Source: a virus
Lineage: Duplodnaviria; Caudoviricetes
Strand: one strand, 5' to 3'
IMG/VR virus record: IMGVR_UViG_3300018073_000013
Location: 1 to 36,607 of that record
DNA length: 36,607 nt
The translations under genes and the position numbers were made by a program. Below, one piece after another: positions 27,666 through 34,993 of the stretch. Position 1 is the stretch's first letter, and every line of letters begins with the position of its first letter. The notes under the pieces are model-generated. The model saw nothing but the letters and a program-made list of their open reading frames with translations. It did not search any database and had not been told where the DNA came from.

Positions 27666-27802
27666 TTCGACGCCTGCTTCTTCCCGGACTCCGACACCTT
27701 GTACTTGTGGGCAGGAGTGGCCTTGTTCTTCTTGATGTTCGCCGCCCGGTCAGCACGCTTCTTGGGGATGTTCCCCTTGTTGTCTTCTGGTCCGGTTGCC
27801 AT
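27662..27802 (-). CDS. Lys-rich microprotein (46 aa), not in the ORF track
   Basis: MATGPEDNKGNIPKKRADRAANIKKNKATPAHKYKVSESGKKQASK; coupled at both ends. Confidence 0.65.
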   Translation of the reverse strand: MATGPEDNKGNIPKKRADRAANIKKNKATPAHKYKVSESGKKQASK

Positions 27803-27939
27803 CACTTCTTGTCCTTCCCCGTGTCCTGGCGCTCGCGGCCCTTGCTGGCCTTCGACGGCGTCGCCTTCTTCTGCTCGGCCTTGCCCTTGCCGAACGGCGT
27901 GGCCTGCTTGCCGCCGAACGGCTCCTTCTTGGCTGCCAT
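27802..27939 (-). CDS. Lys-rich microprotein (45 aa), not in the ORF track
   Basis: MAAKKEPFGGKQATPFGKGKAEQKKATPSKASKGRERQDTGKDKK; TGATG coupling at both ends. Confidence 0.65.
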   Translation of the reverse strand: MAAKKEPFGGKQATPFGKGKAEQKKATPSKASKGRERQDTGKDKK

Positions 27940-28091
27940 CAGATCAGCGCACCCAGTTCGTCCAGGAACTGGTCGAGGCGGGTGGCGAGTTCGGCCTTCA
28001 GGCCCTCGACTGCCTCGCTGATCTTGGCCTTGGCCTCTTCGCGGCGGCTGGCGTCGTCGGTGGTGGTGGTGGGTGTCGGTTCGTTCGTCAT
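27939..28091 (-). CDS. Acidic helical microprotein (50 aa), not in the ORF track
   Basis: RBS AAGGAG; MTNEPTPTTTTDDASRREEAKAKISEAVEGLKAELATRLDQFLDELGALI. Confidence 0.7.
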   Translation of the reverse strand: MTNEPTPTTTTDDASRREEAKAKISEAVEGLKAELATRLDQFLDELGALI

Positions 28092-28106
28092 GGTGTTCTC
28101 CTTTGG

Positions 28107-29699
28107 TCAGAACAGGGTGAGCGGCTTGTTCGCCCGAAGCGTCGCGGCGTGCTTGCGATCCGCCTTCTTCTGGACACCGGCCAAGGTGCGCTCATGCGCC
28201 GAGAACTCGGGGTCCTCGCCAGCCTGGCGACGGCCCTCGGTCCAGATCGTCTCCTGGAGCGTGCCCGTGGGGATGTGGATGGGCTGGCCGAACTGGTCAT
28301 GCGAGATGGGACCGATGCGCTCCTCGGACACACGTCGGAGTGCTTCGTTGTGCTGGGCCGAGATGACCGCCTCCGACGTGACCGAAGGATCGCCTTCAGG
28401 GATGCCCAGGTCCCTCGCCTTGTGCGGTGCCGAGGGATCGAGCGGCCACCCCTTGTCCACCATCCGCTTGGCCGGCGAGAGGCCACCACCGCGCATCGGC
28501 TGACCGGACCCCACCGCCATCATCCAGGTGTCGATCGCCGTGGGCGCATCGGAGCGCAGTGGGTAGGCACGCCGGCCAGGCTCCTTCTGCGAGAAGATCA
28601 TCATTCCCTGGTCCCGGGACTGCAGGCCGGCCTGGGTGTCGCGGTGATGGGCCGAGATGTTCGCCTGGTCCGTCTCCTCCAGCGTGCGCGGGTTGGACTG
28701 AGCCTGCATCTCGCCGTACACGCCGGTCTTGGGCGTCGACTCCCCGAACCCCTGCTGGGGGGTGATCTCGGCGCGGGCGATCTGCGTCGCCTTCAGGACG
28801 TTGGGTTCGTGAGCGCGACCGGCGTTGCGGAGGGCGTCGTAGACCTCGGCGGTCGCCTGTGGCTTGGGCGTGTTGGGGCGCTTGGTCTTCTTGGTCCCAG
28901 CGGCCAGATCGGCTTCGTGGGTGCTCCAGGCCGCTGCGTTCACAGCGTGGGCAGCAAGCTCCTCGGAGGAGTGCGAAGAGATACGCCGACCGTTGAGCAT
29001 CCGGTTGGCCATCGGACCTGATAGCCGGGAGATGCCGCCGATGCCGGCAGCCTCGTCCTCGGGCGTCTTCAGCGACGACATCTTGGCCCCCATGGCCGTG
29101 ACCTGACGCGAAGACAGATCAGCGCCCGGGTCGACCTGGGCCGACTGGTGCCCACGGTGAGCGAAGTACCACCCGGTGCCAGGAATGGCCCCGGTGTCCC
29201 AATCCGGGCGCTCGGCCTGCGGGATGGCTGCCGAGGCGATGCCACGGGCGGTCGCCTGACCGAAGGTGGATTCGTAGCGGTCGGTGATGTCCTCGGTACC
29301 GGTGGGGTGGTTGCCGACGCCAGGGACCTCCTGGATCCTGTCGACGTTCCGCATGGCCAACTCGTTCTTGGCCCTCGTCGTATCCAGGTTCGTGGGCTTG
29401 GCCGCGGCGATGCCGGCCTTGTCGTAGGTCGTGGCGAGAGCGTTGGTGACGTTCATCCCTCGCTTGGCCAAGCGCGCATCGAGGCCTACTCGGCCACCCA
29501 CGGCGGTGTCCAGGCGGGGATCCTCCCAGTGCAGGTAGTTGGGTACGAAGGACTCGGGGTCCTCCTGCTGGTTGGTGCGCCGTGGTTGGGGTCCATGCAC
29601 CGGTCCCACTGCGTCCAAGGAGGTAGGCCCGTGGACCTCTCCCATCCGAGGTGCCGGCGTACCTGTACCTCGCGGAACACCTCTCTTGGTAACGCCCAT
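28107..29699 (-). CDS. 530-aa protein with divergent HhH-GPD glycosylase-like (DUF7178-like) motifs
   Basis: Ordered motifs GWYF, AKMSS, PKT, TAIDTWM and P..LQETIW..R. The ORF is clearly real (GC3 bias, coupling); the function is tentative. Confidence 0.5.
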   Translation of the reverse strand: MGVTKRGVPRGTGTPAPRMGEVHGPTSLDAVGPVHGPQPRRTNQQEDPESFVPNYLHWEDPRLDTAVGGRVGLDARLAKRGMNVTNALATTYDKAGIAAAKPTNLDTTRAKNELAMRNVDRIQEVPGVGNHPTGTEDITDRYESTFGQATARGIASAAIPQAERPDWDTGAIPGTGWYFAHRGHQSAQVDPGADLSSRQVTAMGAKMSSLKTPEDEAAGIGGISRLSGPMANRMLNGRRISSHSSEELAAHAVNAAAWSTHEADLAAGTKKTKRPNTPKPQATAEVYDALRNAGRAHEPNVLKATQIARAEITPQQGFGESTPKTGVYGEMQAQSNPRTLEETDQANISAHHRDTQAGLQSRDQGMMIFSQKEPGRRAYPLRSDAPTAIDTWMMAVGSGQPMRGGGLSPAKRMVDKGWPLDPSAPHKARDLGIPEGDPSVTSEAVISAQHNEALRRVSEERIGPISHDQFGQPIHIPTGTLQETIWTEGRRQAGEDPEFSAHERTLAGVQKKADRKHAATLRANKPLTLF

Positions 29700-30148
29700 C
29701 AGCCCTTCCTTCCTCGGGGGTCGCGCCAGCCACGGGAGATCGTCTTGGCCCGATTGGTTTCCAGGGCCTTGGGCCGGTCGGTGTACTTGGGGGCCATGTC
29801 GGTCGGCTTCGCCAACCCGCTCGGCCGCAGTCCGTAGGGCAGCTGCTTCAGCTTCAGGAACTTCTGGTGGACGGCCTTCAGCGTGTCGGGCTGGGAGTTG
29901 AGCATCTCAAACCCGGTGTCGCTGTCGGGCGTCGGCCGGATGAGGTAGTCCCCGATGTTCGACTTCGGCCGGCCGGCCGGGGCGTTGGCGGTCGAGGCCT
30001 GGAGCGCGTTGGTCCGCGGTTGAGGAACCGGCTGGCCTCCCGGCCCGGAGAGGATGAGCGCACCGGCCTTCGGGGCCGGCTGCGCTCCTGGCTTCTTCGG
30101 GAGCGGCGTCAGGTACTTGGGGGCGAGCGCCCCCTTCTTCGCCGCCAT
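29699..30148 (-). CDS. Basic Pro/Lys-rich hypothetical protein (149 aa)
   Basis: MAAKKG start, RBS AGGA, coupled to the next gene. Confidence 0.65.
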   Translation of the reverse strand: MAAKKGALAPKYLTPLPKKPGAQPAPKAGALILSGPGGQPVPQPRTNALQASTANAPAGRPKSNIGDYLIRPTPDSDTGFEMLNSQPDTLKAVHQKFLKLKQLPYGLRPSGLAKPTDMAPKYTDRPKALETNRAKTISRGWRDPRGRKG

Positions 30149-30154
30149 CGCGTC

Positions 30155-30520
30155 CTAGTCGTTGACCATCGCCGGGTTGAGGCGGATCAGACGGGCGTCG
30201 GAGCCAAGCTCCATCTCGAACTGCGACGGCCCCTGGCCGATCGAAGCGCCGATGACGAAGTCGTTGAGCATCGTCGGGGCTTCGATCCAGGTGGACGAGC
30301 CGACGTGGGCACGCTCCTGCATCGTCTCCTCGGGGGACTTGACGCACAGGTAGGGCCGGCCGCTGCCGTCCCCCTGCGTATCGCCATATGCACCGCGACC
30401 GAAGTCATTGGGGACATCGGTGTCGGTGGCCACGCCCTCTTCGAAGCGAAGCGGGCCGCGGCGGGTGTTGTTGATGGCGACGGATCGCTCGTACTGGACT
30501 TCCGGGTCCGGGTAGCTCAT
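30155..30520 (-). CDS. Conserved hypothetical head-module protein (121 aa)
   Basis: ATG at 30520 with GAGGAGG. RRGPLRFEEGVATDTDVPNDF and ERAHVGSSTWIEAP; directly after the terminase. Confidence 0.75.
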   Translation of the reverse strand: MSYPDPEVQYERSVAINNTRRGPLRFEEGVATDTDVPNDFGRGAYGDTQGDGSGRPYLCVKSPEETMQERAHVGSSTWIEAPTMLNDFVIGASIGQGPSQFEMELGSDARLIRLNPAMVND

Positions 30521-30554
30521 TGGCACCTCCTCGGGTATCGGTGCGGAGCCTAGT

Positions 30555-32144
30555 TCAACGGCCCCGGTAGAACGGGCTATCCACCTGCTCAACGACCGGC
30601 ACTGTCTCCAGCATGCTGCACGCACAGGCCAGAGCGGCGCTGTCGACGTAGTCGTCGCGAGCCTCGCGCTCCTCCGGGGCCTGGATCAACAGGTACTGGC
30701 CCTTCATCACCTTCTCGGCGTCGACCATCTGCTGGCGGAACCGACGCCACACCCGCGTGCGGCGCGCCTTGGAGTGCCCGGGGTAGATGAACATCTGCCG
30801 CTGGATCAGCTGGATGAGGTGCTTCCAGCGCTCCGACTGGGTCTTGGAGTCGCTGGAGAACGGGATCACCTCGCAGCGGGACCCCATGAGTCGAGCCATG
30901 CGATCGGCCACCGCTGATCCCATTCCCTGTGCATCGACGCCCATGAAGGCGACGTCGTAGGGGTCGAGGAACTCCATGATTTCGAAGTACTGCTCTTCCC
31001 AGGCGGTGTTATTGATCTCCAGCCAGTTGAGCACTCGGTGCTCGCGGTAGCCGGCCGGATCGGGGAAGTCCCAATCGACCCAGGTGACCGTGACGACCGT
31101 TGAGTCCTTGACTCGGGCGGGGTCGACGCCAACCACACAGGGCGAGCGGTGCCATCCTCGGACCAGCTGCATGGACGGGTCTGCCAGGTAGTCAAGTTCG
31201 TCCTCCGTGACGAGCATGCCTCGTTCAAGCATCCACTTCAACGCGTATGACATTTGGAACTCGTCCGAGTCCTCGCCCAGCCGAAGCTTCTCCTTCTCGA
31301 TGAACTTCTTGTAGCTCGGGTTGTACTTGCAGACGGTGCGGTAGTCGTACTCGTAGTGGTTGGGCCGGGAGCGCTTGGACACCTGCCGGCGCTTGTTGAC
31401 GTTGATGGCCTTGTAGAAGTCGCCCTTGCTGTAGCCGGGGGTGCCGATCTTGACGATGGTGCCGGCGTAGAAGGCGAGCATCGGGTGGATCGACTTCCGC
31501 ACTACGAGATCGTCGGCGTCCTGGGCCTCGTCAAGGATGATGATGTGATACGACGCCCCTTCGATCTTCGCTCGGGGGTTGGCGGTCTGACGCCGGCAGA
31601 ACGACCCGGACGAGAGCTTCAGCACCTTGGACTTGCCATCGACGCGCTCATCGATCTCGGGGTCGAGCATGATCAGTTCGGCGTGCTCGCTGGTGAGCCG
31701 GGAGACGATACGGCTGAACACCAGGTCGGCCTGGTCGTCCACTGGGGCGAAGATGCCCACCCACACGCCGCGCTTGAACTTCTCCAGCAGCGGGTAGCTC
31801 TTGGCCAGCTTGGGGAAGAGCACCATGCAGCCCGCCAGGGTGGTAGCCACCACCTCCGACTTGCCGCTCTGGCGGGCCATCAGGCCGGTGACCTCCTCGG
31901 CGTCAGCGATGATCAGCGACTCGATAATGCGATATGCCAGCGACCTCTGGTAGGGGAACAGTTCGAAGCCAGAAAGCTCCTCGCAGAACACGATCGTCCG
32001 CTGGATCAGCTGGTCGAGGAACCCCGCCATCTCTGGATCGAGTGGCTCAACGTACTCCTCGTCCTCTACAGGAGCGTCGACCTCCTCCTCTTCCAGAAGG
32101 TCCTCTGGATCCGGGCCGTAGCCAAGGTCCTCGATCAAGCTCAC
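30555..32144 (-). CDS. terL: Terminase large subunit
   Basis: LFPYQ (Q motif), ARQSGKS (Walker A), IIILDEAQ (Walker B), IGTP, and RNase H-like nuclease motifs VGVDPAR, GVDAQG and DDYVDS. Confidence 0.95.
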   Translation of the reverse strand: MSLIEDLGYGPDPEDLLEEEEVDAPVEDEEYVEPLDPEMAGFLDQLIQRTIVFCEELSGFELFPYQRSLAYRIIESLIIADAEEVTGLMARQSGKSEVVATTLAGCMVLFPKLAKSYPLLEKFKRGVWVGIFAPVDDQADLVFSRIVSRLTSEHAELIMLDPEIDERVDGKSKVLKLSSGSFCRRQTANPRAKIEGASYHIIILDEAQDADDLVVRKSIHPMLAFYAGTIVKIGTPGYSKGDFYKAINVNKRRQVSKRSRPNHYEYDYRTVCKYNPSYKKFIEKEKLRLGEDSDEFQMSYALKWMLERGMLVTEDELDYLADPSMQLVRGWHRSPCVVGVDPARVKDSTVVTVTWVDWDFPDPAGYREHRVLNWLEINNTAWEEQYFEIMEFLDPYDVAFMGVDAQGMGSAVADRMARLMGSRCEVIPFSSDSKTQSERWKHLIQLIQRQMFIYPGHSKARRTRVWRRFRQQMVDAEKVMKGQYLLIQAPEEREARDDYVDSAALACACSMLETVPVVEQVDSPFYRGR

Positions 32145-32149
32145 GCTGT

Positions 32150-32159
32150 AGTACTACCA
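32150..32159 (-). promoter_or_regulatory. Candidate extended -10 element (TGG-TAGTAC) 6 nt before the terminase GTG
   Basis: No RBS; geometry fits a leaderless transcript; sits just after a strong hairpin. Confidence 0.45.
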
Positions 32160-32170
32160 GGTAGGACGCG

Positions 32171-32203
32171 GAAGAGGGAGGCCACCGGATGGCCTCCCTC
32201 TTC
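32171..32203 (-). terminator. Intrinsic terminator-like hairpin separating the accessory genes from the packaging operon
   Basis: Perfect 14-bp inverted repeat GAAGAGGGAGGCCA-ccgga-TGGCCTCCCTCTTC. Confidence 0.75.
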
Positions 32204-32259
32204 AGCACCGAACCCGCTTGCAAGACGTGACCACATCCAGCACCGAGTTGATGGGGACT

Positions 32260-32505
32260 CTAGCCGGCCTTTGCGCGCCTGTCAGAGTAATACTTCGACG
32301 CCTTGGCCTTGCAGGCATCGCCCTGGCATCCCTGGTTGCGCCGGTACAGGCTGGCGAACGGGCAAGTGGCCGAGTCGATGGCGGGTTCAAGGCCACAGAT
32401 GCCGGCCTCGGACACCAGGATCGGCTTGCCCTTGCGGCCGGAACGCTCCTTCTCCAGAGCATCGATCCGCTTCTCCAGTTGAAGAAGGCGGAGGTCGTCG
32501 CTCAT
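32260..32505 (-). CDS. Small Cys-rich hypothetical protein (81 aa)
   Basis: C..C..YRRNQGCQGDACK, possibly Zn-binding; TGATG coupling. Confidence 0.65.
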   Translation of the reverse strand: MSDDLRLLQLEKRIDALEKERSGRKGKPILVSEAGICGLEPAIDSATCPFASLYRRNQGCQGDACKAKASKYYSDRRAKAG

Positions 32506-32813
32506 CAGAAGAGAGTGGGCTGAGTGGGAGGCGACACCTCCACCGGCAGCGGGGGCTTGATCTGGATGCGGTACGAGATGCCGTTGGGAGCGAGGCCGGC
32601 GAGGATGCCGAGGGCGTCGACCTCGTCGCCGTCCCAGGTGACCTCTTCACGGCTGCCGTAGTAGGTGCGGAAGCCTTCGATCAGGTCGATGGCCGTCAGT
32701 TCGGGAGCGTCGTGCGACGCCGCCACTTCGATGGAACGGATGACCTCTTCACCGAAGAGCGGCCCAGCGCTCACCTCGATGACGTAGGCAGCGGGCTGTT
32801 GGCTGGTTGTCAT
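32505..32813 (-). CDS. Acidic hypothetical protein (102 aa)
   Basis: Good GC3 bias; TATGTT 6 nt before the ATG. Confidence 0.7.
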   Translation of the reverse strand: MTTSQQPAAYVIEVSAGPLFGEEVIRSIEVAASHDAPELTAIDLIEGFRTYYGSREEVTWDGDEVDALGILAGLAPNGISYRIQIKPPLPVEVSPPTQPTLF

Positions 32814-32816
32814 ACT

Positions 32817-32837
32817 CCAAACATATCAAATGTTTGG
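32817..32837. promoter_or_regulatory. Operator-like palindrome CCAAACAT-N5-ATGTTTGG overlapping a -10 element
   Basis: 8-bp inverted repeat; a related copy lies at 35563-35585. Confidence 0.6.
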
Positions 32838-33071
32838 CAGATTCACAACGAGCTTGCGCCGAAGGGCCTTGGCCAGGGCTACCGCCTCTTCGGCGTGGCT
32901 CTGCAGGAGCGCCAGGGCCTGCTCTGGCTCACCGAGCCTCTGTTGGTACGTCTGGAGCATGTGGTTGGTGTTGAACACCGCTGCCTCCAGGCCAAGAGTC
33001 AGATCCTGCGCGCTCATCCGGTCGTACCGGCTCGCCTCCGGGATCGGGATCGACTTCTTCTTCCACGACAT
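32826..33071 (-). CDS. Helical hypothetical protein (81 aa)
   Basis: Strong RBS GGAGG; MSWKKK start; good codon bias. Confidence 0.7.
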   Translation of the reverse strand: MSWKKKSIPIPEASRYDRMSAQDLTLGLEAAVFNTNHMLQTYQQRLGEPEQALALLQSHAEEAVALAKALRRKLVVNLPNI

Positions 33072-33336
33072 GCGGTCCCCTCCACTTGCGGATCTCGTCT
33101 AGCTCGACGTCAGTCAACCTCCGATGCGGGTCCTCACCTCGGAAGCACCGGCCCAGGTGGAGCGCCCGCCCTCTTACACGAAAGCGCACCCCCCACCTGG
33201 ACCGGCGAAACGGGGGCAGATCCTCGATGAGGAAGGCCCAGGAGACGTGCTTGGTGTCCCAGACGGGGATGTCGTACTCGACGCCCCAGTAGAACTCGAT
33301 ATCCCGATATGGCTTGACCGAGTGGACAACGATCAC
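32929..33336 (-). CDS. Hypothetical protein (135 aa)
   Basis: GTG overlaps the KTSC-gene stop (TAGTG); MIVVHSVKPYRDIEFYWG...IEDLPPFRRSRWGVRFRV. The tail overlaps the next gene by 143 nt. Confidence 0.55.
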   Translation of the reverse strand: MIVVHSVKPYRDIEFYWGVEYDIPVWDTKHVSWAFLIEDLPPFRRSRWGVRFRVRGRALHLGRCFRGEDPHRRLTDVELDEIRKWRGPHVVEEEVDPDPGGEPVRPDERAGSDSWPGGSGVQHQPHAPDVPTEAR

Positions 33337-33794
33337 TACGCCCTCGATCGGCTCACTGCTCGACGCTCCCGGTTGGACGGTGCGCTCACCTCGTCGGGGG
33401 TGAGCCGGCGATAGCTCAACCCGTTGAGGGTCGAGTTGATGTACTTGCCCTTCGATGCGATCCGGGCGAAGCGACGGAAGTCCTCGTAACTCATTCCCGA
33501 GTAGGCATAGCCGGGGTTGCCGTTGTTGCGCCAGGTGACCTGAGTCTCCTGCTTCATGTAGTCGTAGCGATATGCCGATACGCGGCTGGAGTTCGGCGTC
33601 TCGGCCCATGGCCCGAGGTCGGTGCGGAGAACCTCCCCCTCGGAGTCGAGGTCTTCGCCTTCGATGTCCTCGGCCGGCTCGGCACGACGCGTGGCGCGCT
33701 CCTTGGTCGCCTTGGCAAAGCGGCCGTTCTTGTCACGGTTGTACTGCCGCGGCGCTGTCGCCTTGGGAGGCGCACCCGCCTTCTTCCGTGCCAT
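33336..33794 (-). CDS. KTSC-domain protein
   Basis: SSRVSAYRYD..QVTWRN..YAYSGMS..F..F...ASKGKYIN is the KTSC signature; the N-terminal extension carries YNRDKNGRF. Confidence 0.85.
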   Translation of the reverse strand: MARKKAGAPPKATAPRQYNRDKNGRFAKATKERATRRAEPAEDIEGEDLDSEGEVLRTDLGPWAETPNSSRVSAYRYDYMKQETQVTWRNNGNPGYAYSGMSYEDFRRFARIASKGKYINSTLNGLSYRRLTPDEVSAPSNRERRAVSRSRA

Positions 33795-33830
33795 GCGCCT
33801 ACGTTACCGAATCGTTGTTACATTGATCCT
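33795..33830. promoter_or_regulatory. Back-to-back leaderless promoters
   Basis: Minus strand: TAACGT (33806-33801), 6 nt, ATG 33794. Plus strand: TACATT (33819-33824), 6 nt, GTG 33831. No RBS on either side. Confidence 0.6.
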
Positions 33831-34100
33831 GTGATGGTCCAGGGCAACAACGTCTCCGTCGCCCTCCGCATGAGCGAGTCCGATGGTGACGTCAAGGTGA
33901 TCCTCGGCATCCACGACGGGGACGAGGAGACGGCCTGGGTCGCCATCCCGTGGCAGATCGCCGCCCAAGTGTCAGTGGCGCTGGCGGCTCGCGCTGTCGA
34001 GGGTCAGGCGCTGGAAACCGAGATCCAGGCCATCCCGATGGACGACCGCCCCGAAAAGCTGCCCCACATCTGGGACCGGCTCAACTCGGCGCAGAACTAG
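33831..34100 (+). CDS. Hypothetical protein (89 aa), the only credible plus-strand gene
   Basis: Strong GC3 bias; fills the gap between minus-strand genes; has its own -10 element and downstream hairpins. Confidence 0.75.
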   Translation: MMVQGNNVSVALRMSESDGDVKVILGIHDGDEETAWVAIPWQIAAQVSVALAARAVEGQALETEIQAIPMDDRPEKLPHIWDRLNSAQN

Positions 34101-34107
34101 GCCGGCC

Positions 34108-34211
34108 CGTCGCCCCCCTGGCTGGGGATGACTCCAACCAGGGGGGAGGACGAGACACACTCCAGGACCAACCGGCCCGCTCTGTGGGGGCGAGTTGAAG
34201 AGGGTGGGCCG
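34108..34211. terminator. Two hairpins between convergent genes
   Basis: CCCCCCTGG (34113-34121) pairs with CCAGGGGGG (34138-34146); CGGCCCGCTCT (34173-34183) pairs with AGGGTGGGCCG (34201-34211). Confidence 0.55.
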
Positions 34212-34220
34212 ATCTCGTCC

Positions 34221-34817
34221 TTACGCTTCTTCGGCGCAGAGGTCCTCATGGTCGAGGAGGCCCTCTTCGTCTACGAACTCATCGCCACAGTAGAAGCAGA
34301 TCCAGCCGACCTCAGGCTTGGGTATCACTGGTGCCATCTTCCCGAGGATCTTCGCAGCCTGCTCCTTGGTGAGGATGGGTTCCACTGGTGCTGCCAGCGT
34401 CTGCTTCATCTGCCCCCACGACACCGTCGAGTGACGGGTCATGTTGCACCAGGTGCAGACCCACTCCTCCACCCGGCCCGAGTCGACCAGGCCGTTGTGC
34501 TTCCACTGGTGGCCCAACTGGCGACAGTGGGCGTTGGGCGACTGGACTACCGGCGGGCTTGCTTGAAACCCGCTTTGAACGCCTTCGTGGAATGAGCGGC
34601 CGGGTGTGGTGTTGCTGCCCTGCGCGAACTTGTAGCGGACCTTGGGGGGCCAGGTGTTCTCTTGGGGGAGGCCGAAGTCCTGCTGGACGGTGCTGCCTTC
34701 TTCTTGGCGGCGGCGGAGCGCTTCCGCGGCGTCTTCGTGGATGAGGTCGAGGATGGCCTTCCGCCAGTCGACAGTAGGAGAAGCTTCTGCTGGTGGAGGA
34801 CTTGGGTCTTCAGCCAT
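34221..34817 (-). CDS. Zinc-finger protein (198 aa)
   Basis: ATG at 34817 with AGGA upstream; CRQLGHQW..CTWC and CFYC..H...C clusters. Confidence 0.6.
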   Translation of the reverse strand: MAEDPSPPPAEASPTVDWRKAILDLIHEDAAEALRRRQEEGSTVQQDFGLPQENTWPPKVRYKFAQGSNTTPGRSFHEGVQSGFQASPPVVQSPNAHCRQLGHQWKHNGLVDSGRVEEWVCTWCNMTRHSTVSWGQMKQTLAAPVEPILTKEQAAKILGKMAPVIPKPEVGWICFYCGDEFVDEEGLLDHEDLCAEEA

Positions 34818-34993
34818 TGGATTTCCTGCAGTAGGTCCTGGACGACGCGGAGGTGCTGGGTGAACGATCGGTCGACCATCAGCATGGCGACCATGGCGCA
34901 AGTGGCCTCCGTGACGGAGTCGACCTGCTCTGGCGGTACCCGATCTGCGACGTACCGACGCACAGCGCCAACGAGTGCGTCGCTCGGGGTCAT
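34547..34993 (-). CDS. Hypothetical protein with a helical N-terminus and a basic Ser/Lys/Arg/Ala tail (148 aa)
   Basis: TGATG coupling upstream; the C-terminal half overlaps the Zn-finger gene. Confidence 0.55.
   Translation of the reverse strand: MTPSDALVGAVRRYVADRVPPEQVDSVTEATCAMVAMLMVDRSFTQHLRVVQDLLQEIQWLKTQVLHQQKLLLLSTGGRPSSTSSTKTPRKRSAAAKKKAAPSSRTSASPKRTPGPPRSATSSRRAATPHPAAHSTKAFKAGFKQARR

Noticed and set aside
30555-32144. Intein or intron in the terminase
   Set aside because: Normal length (529 aa), contiguous motifs, and no intein splice-junction or LAGLIDADG signature.
32929-33071. 143-nt overlap as a second functional overprint
   Set aside because: The overlapping tail of the upstream ORF is low-complexity and looks like run-on after a lost stop; only the downstream gene has an RBS and good codon bias.
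1041-33230. Long plus-strand ORFs (e.g. 1041-2108, 3585-6110, 7224-8804, 18678-20372, 21736-23232, 27558-29021, 31254-33230)
   Set aside because: They are antisense shadows of GC3-biased minus-strand genes, with no recognisable motifs and full overlap with clear phage genes.
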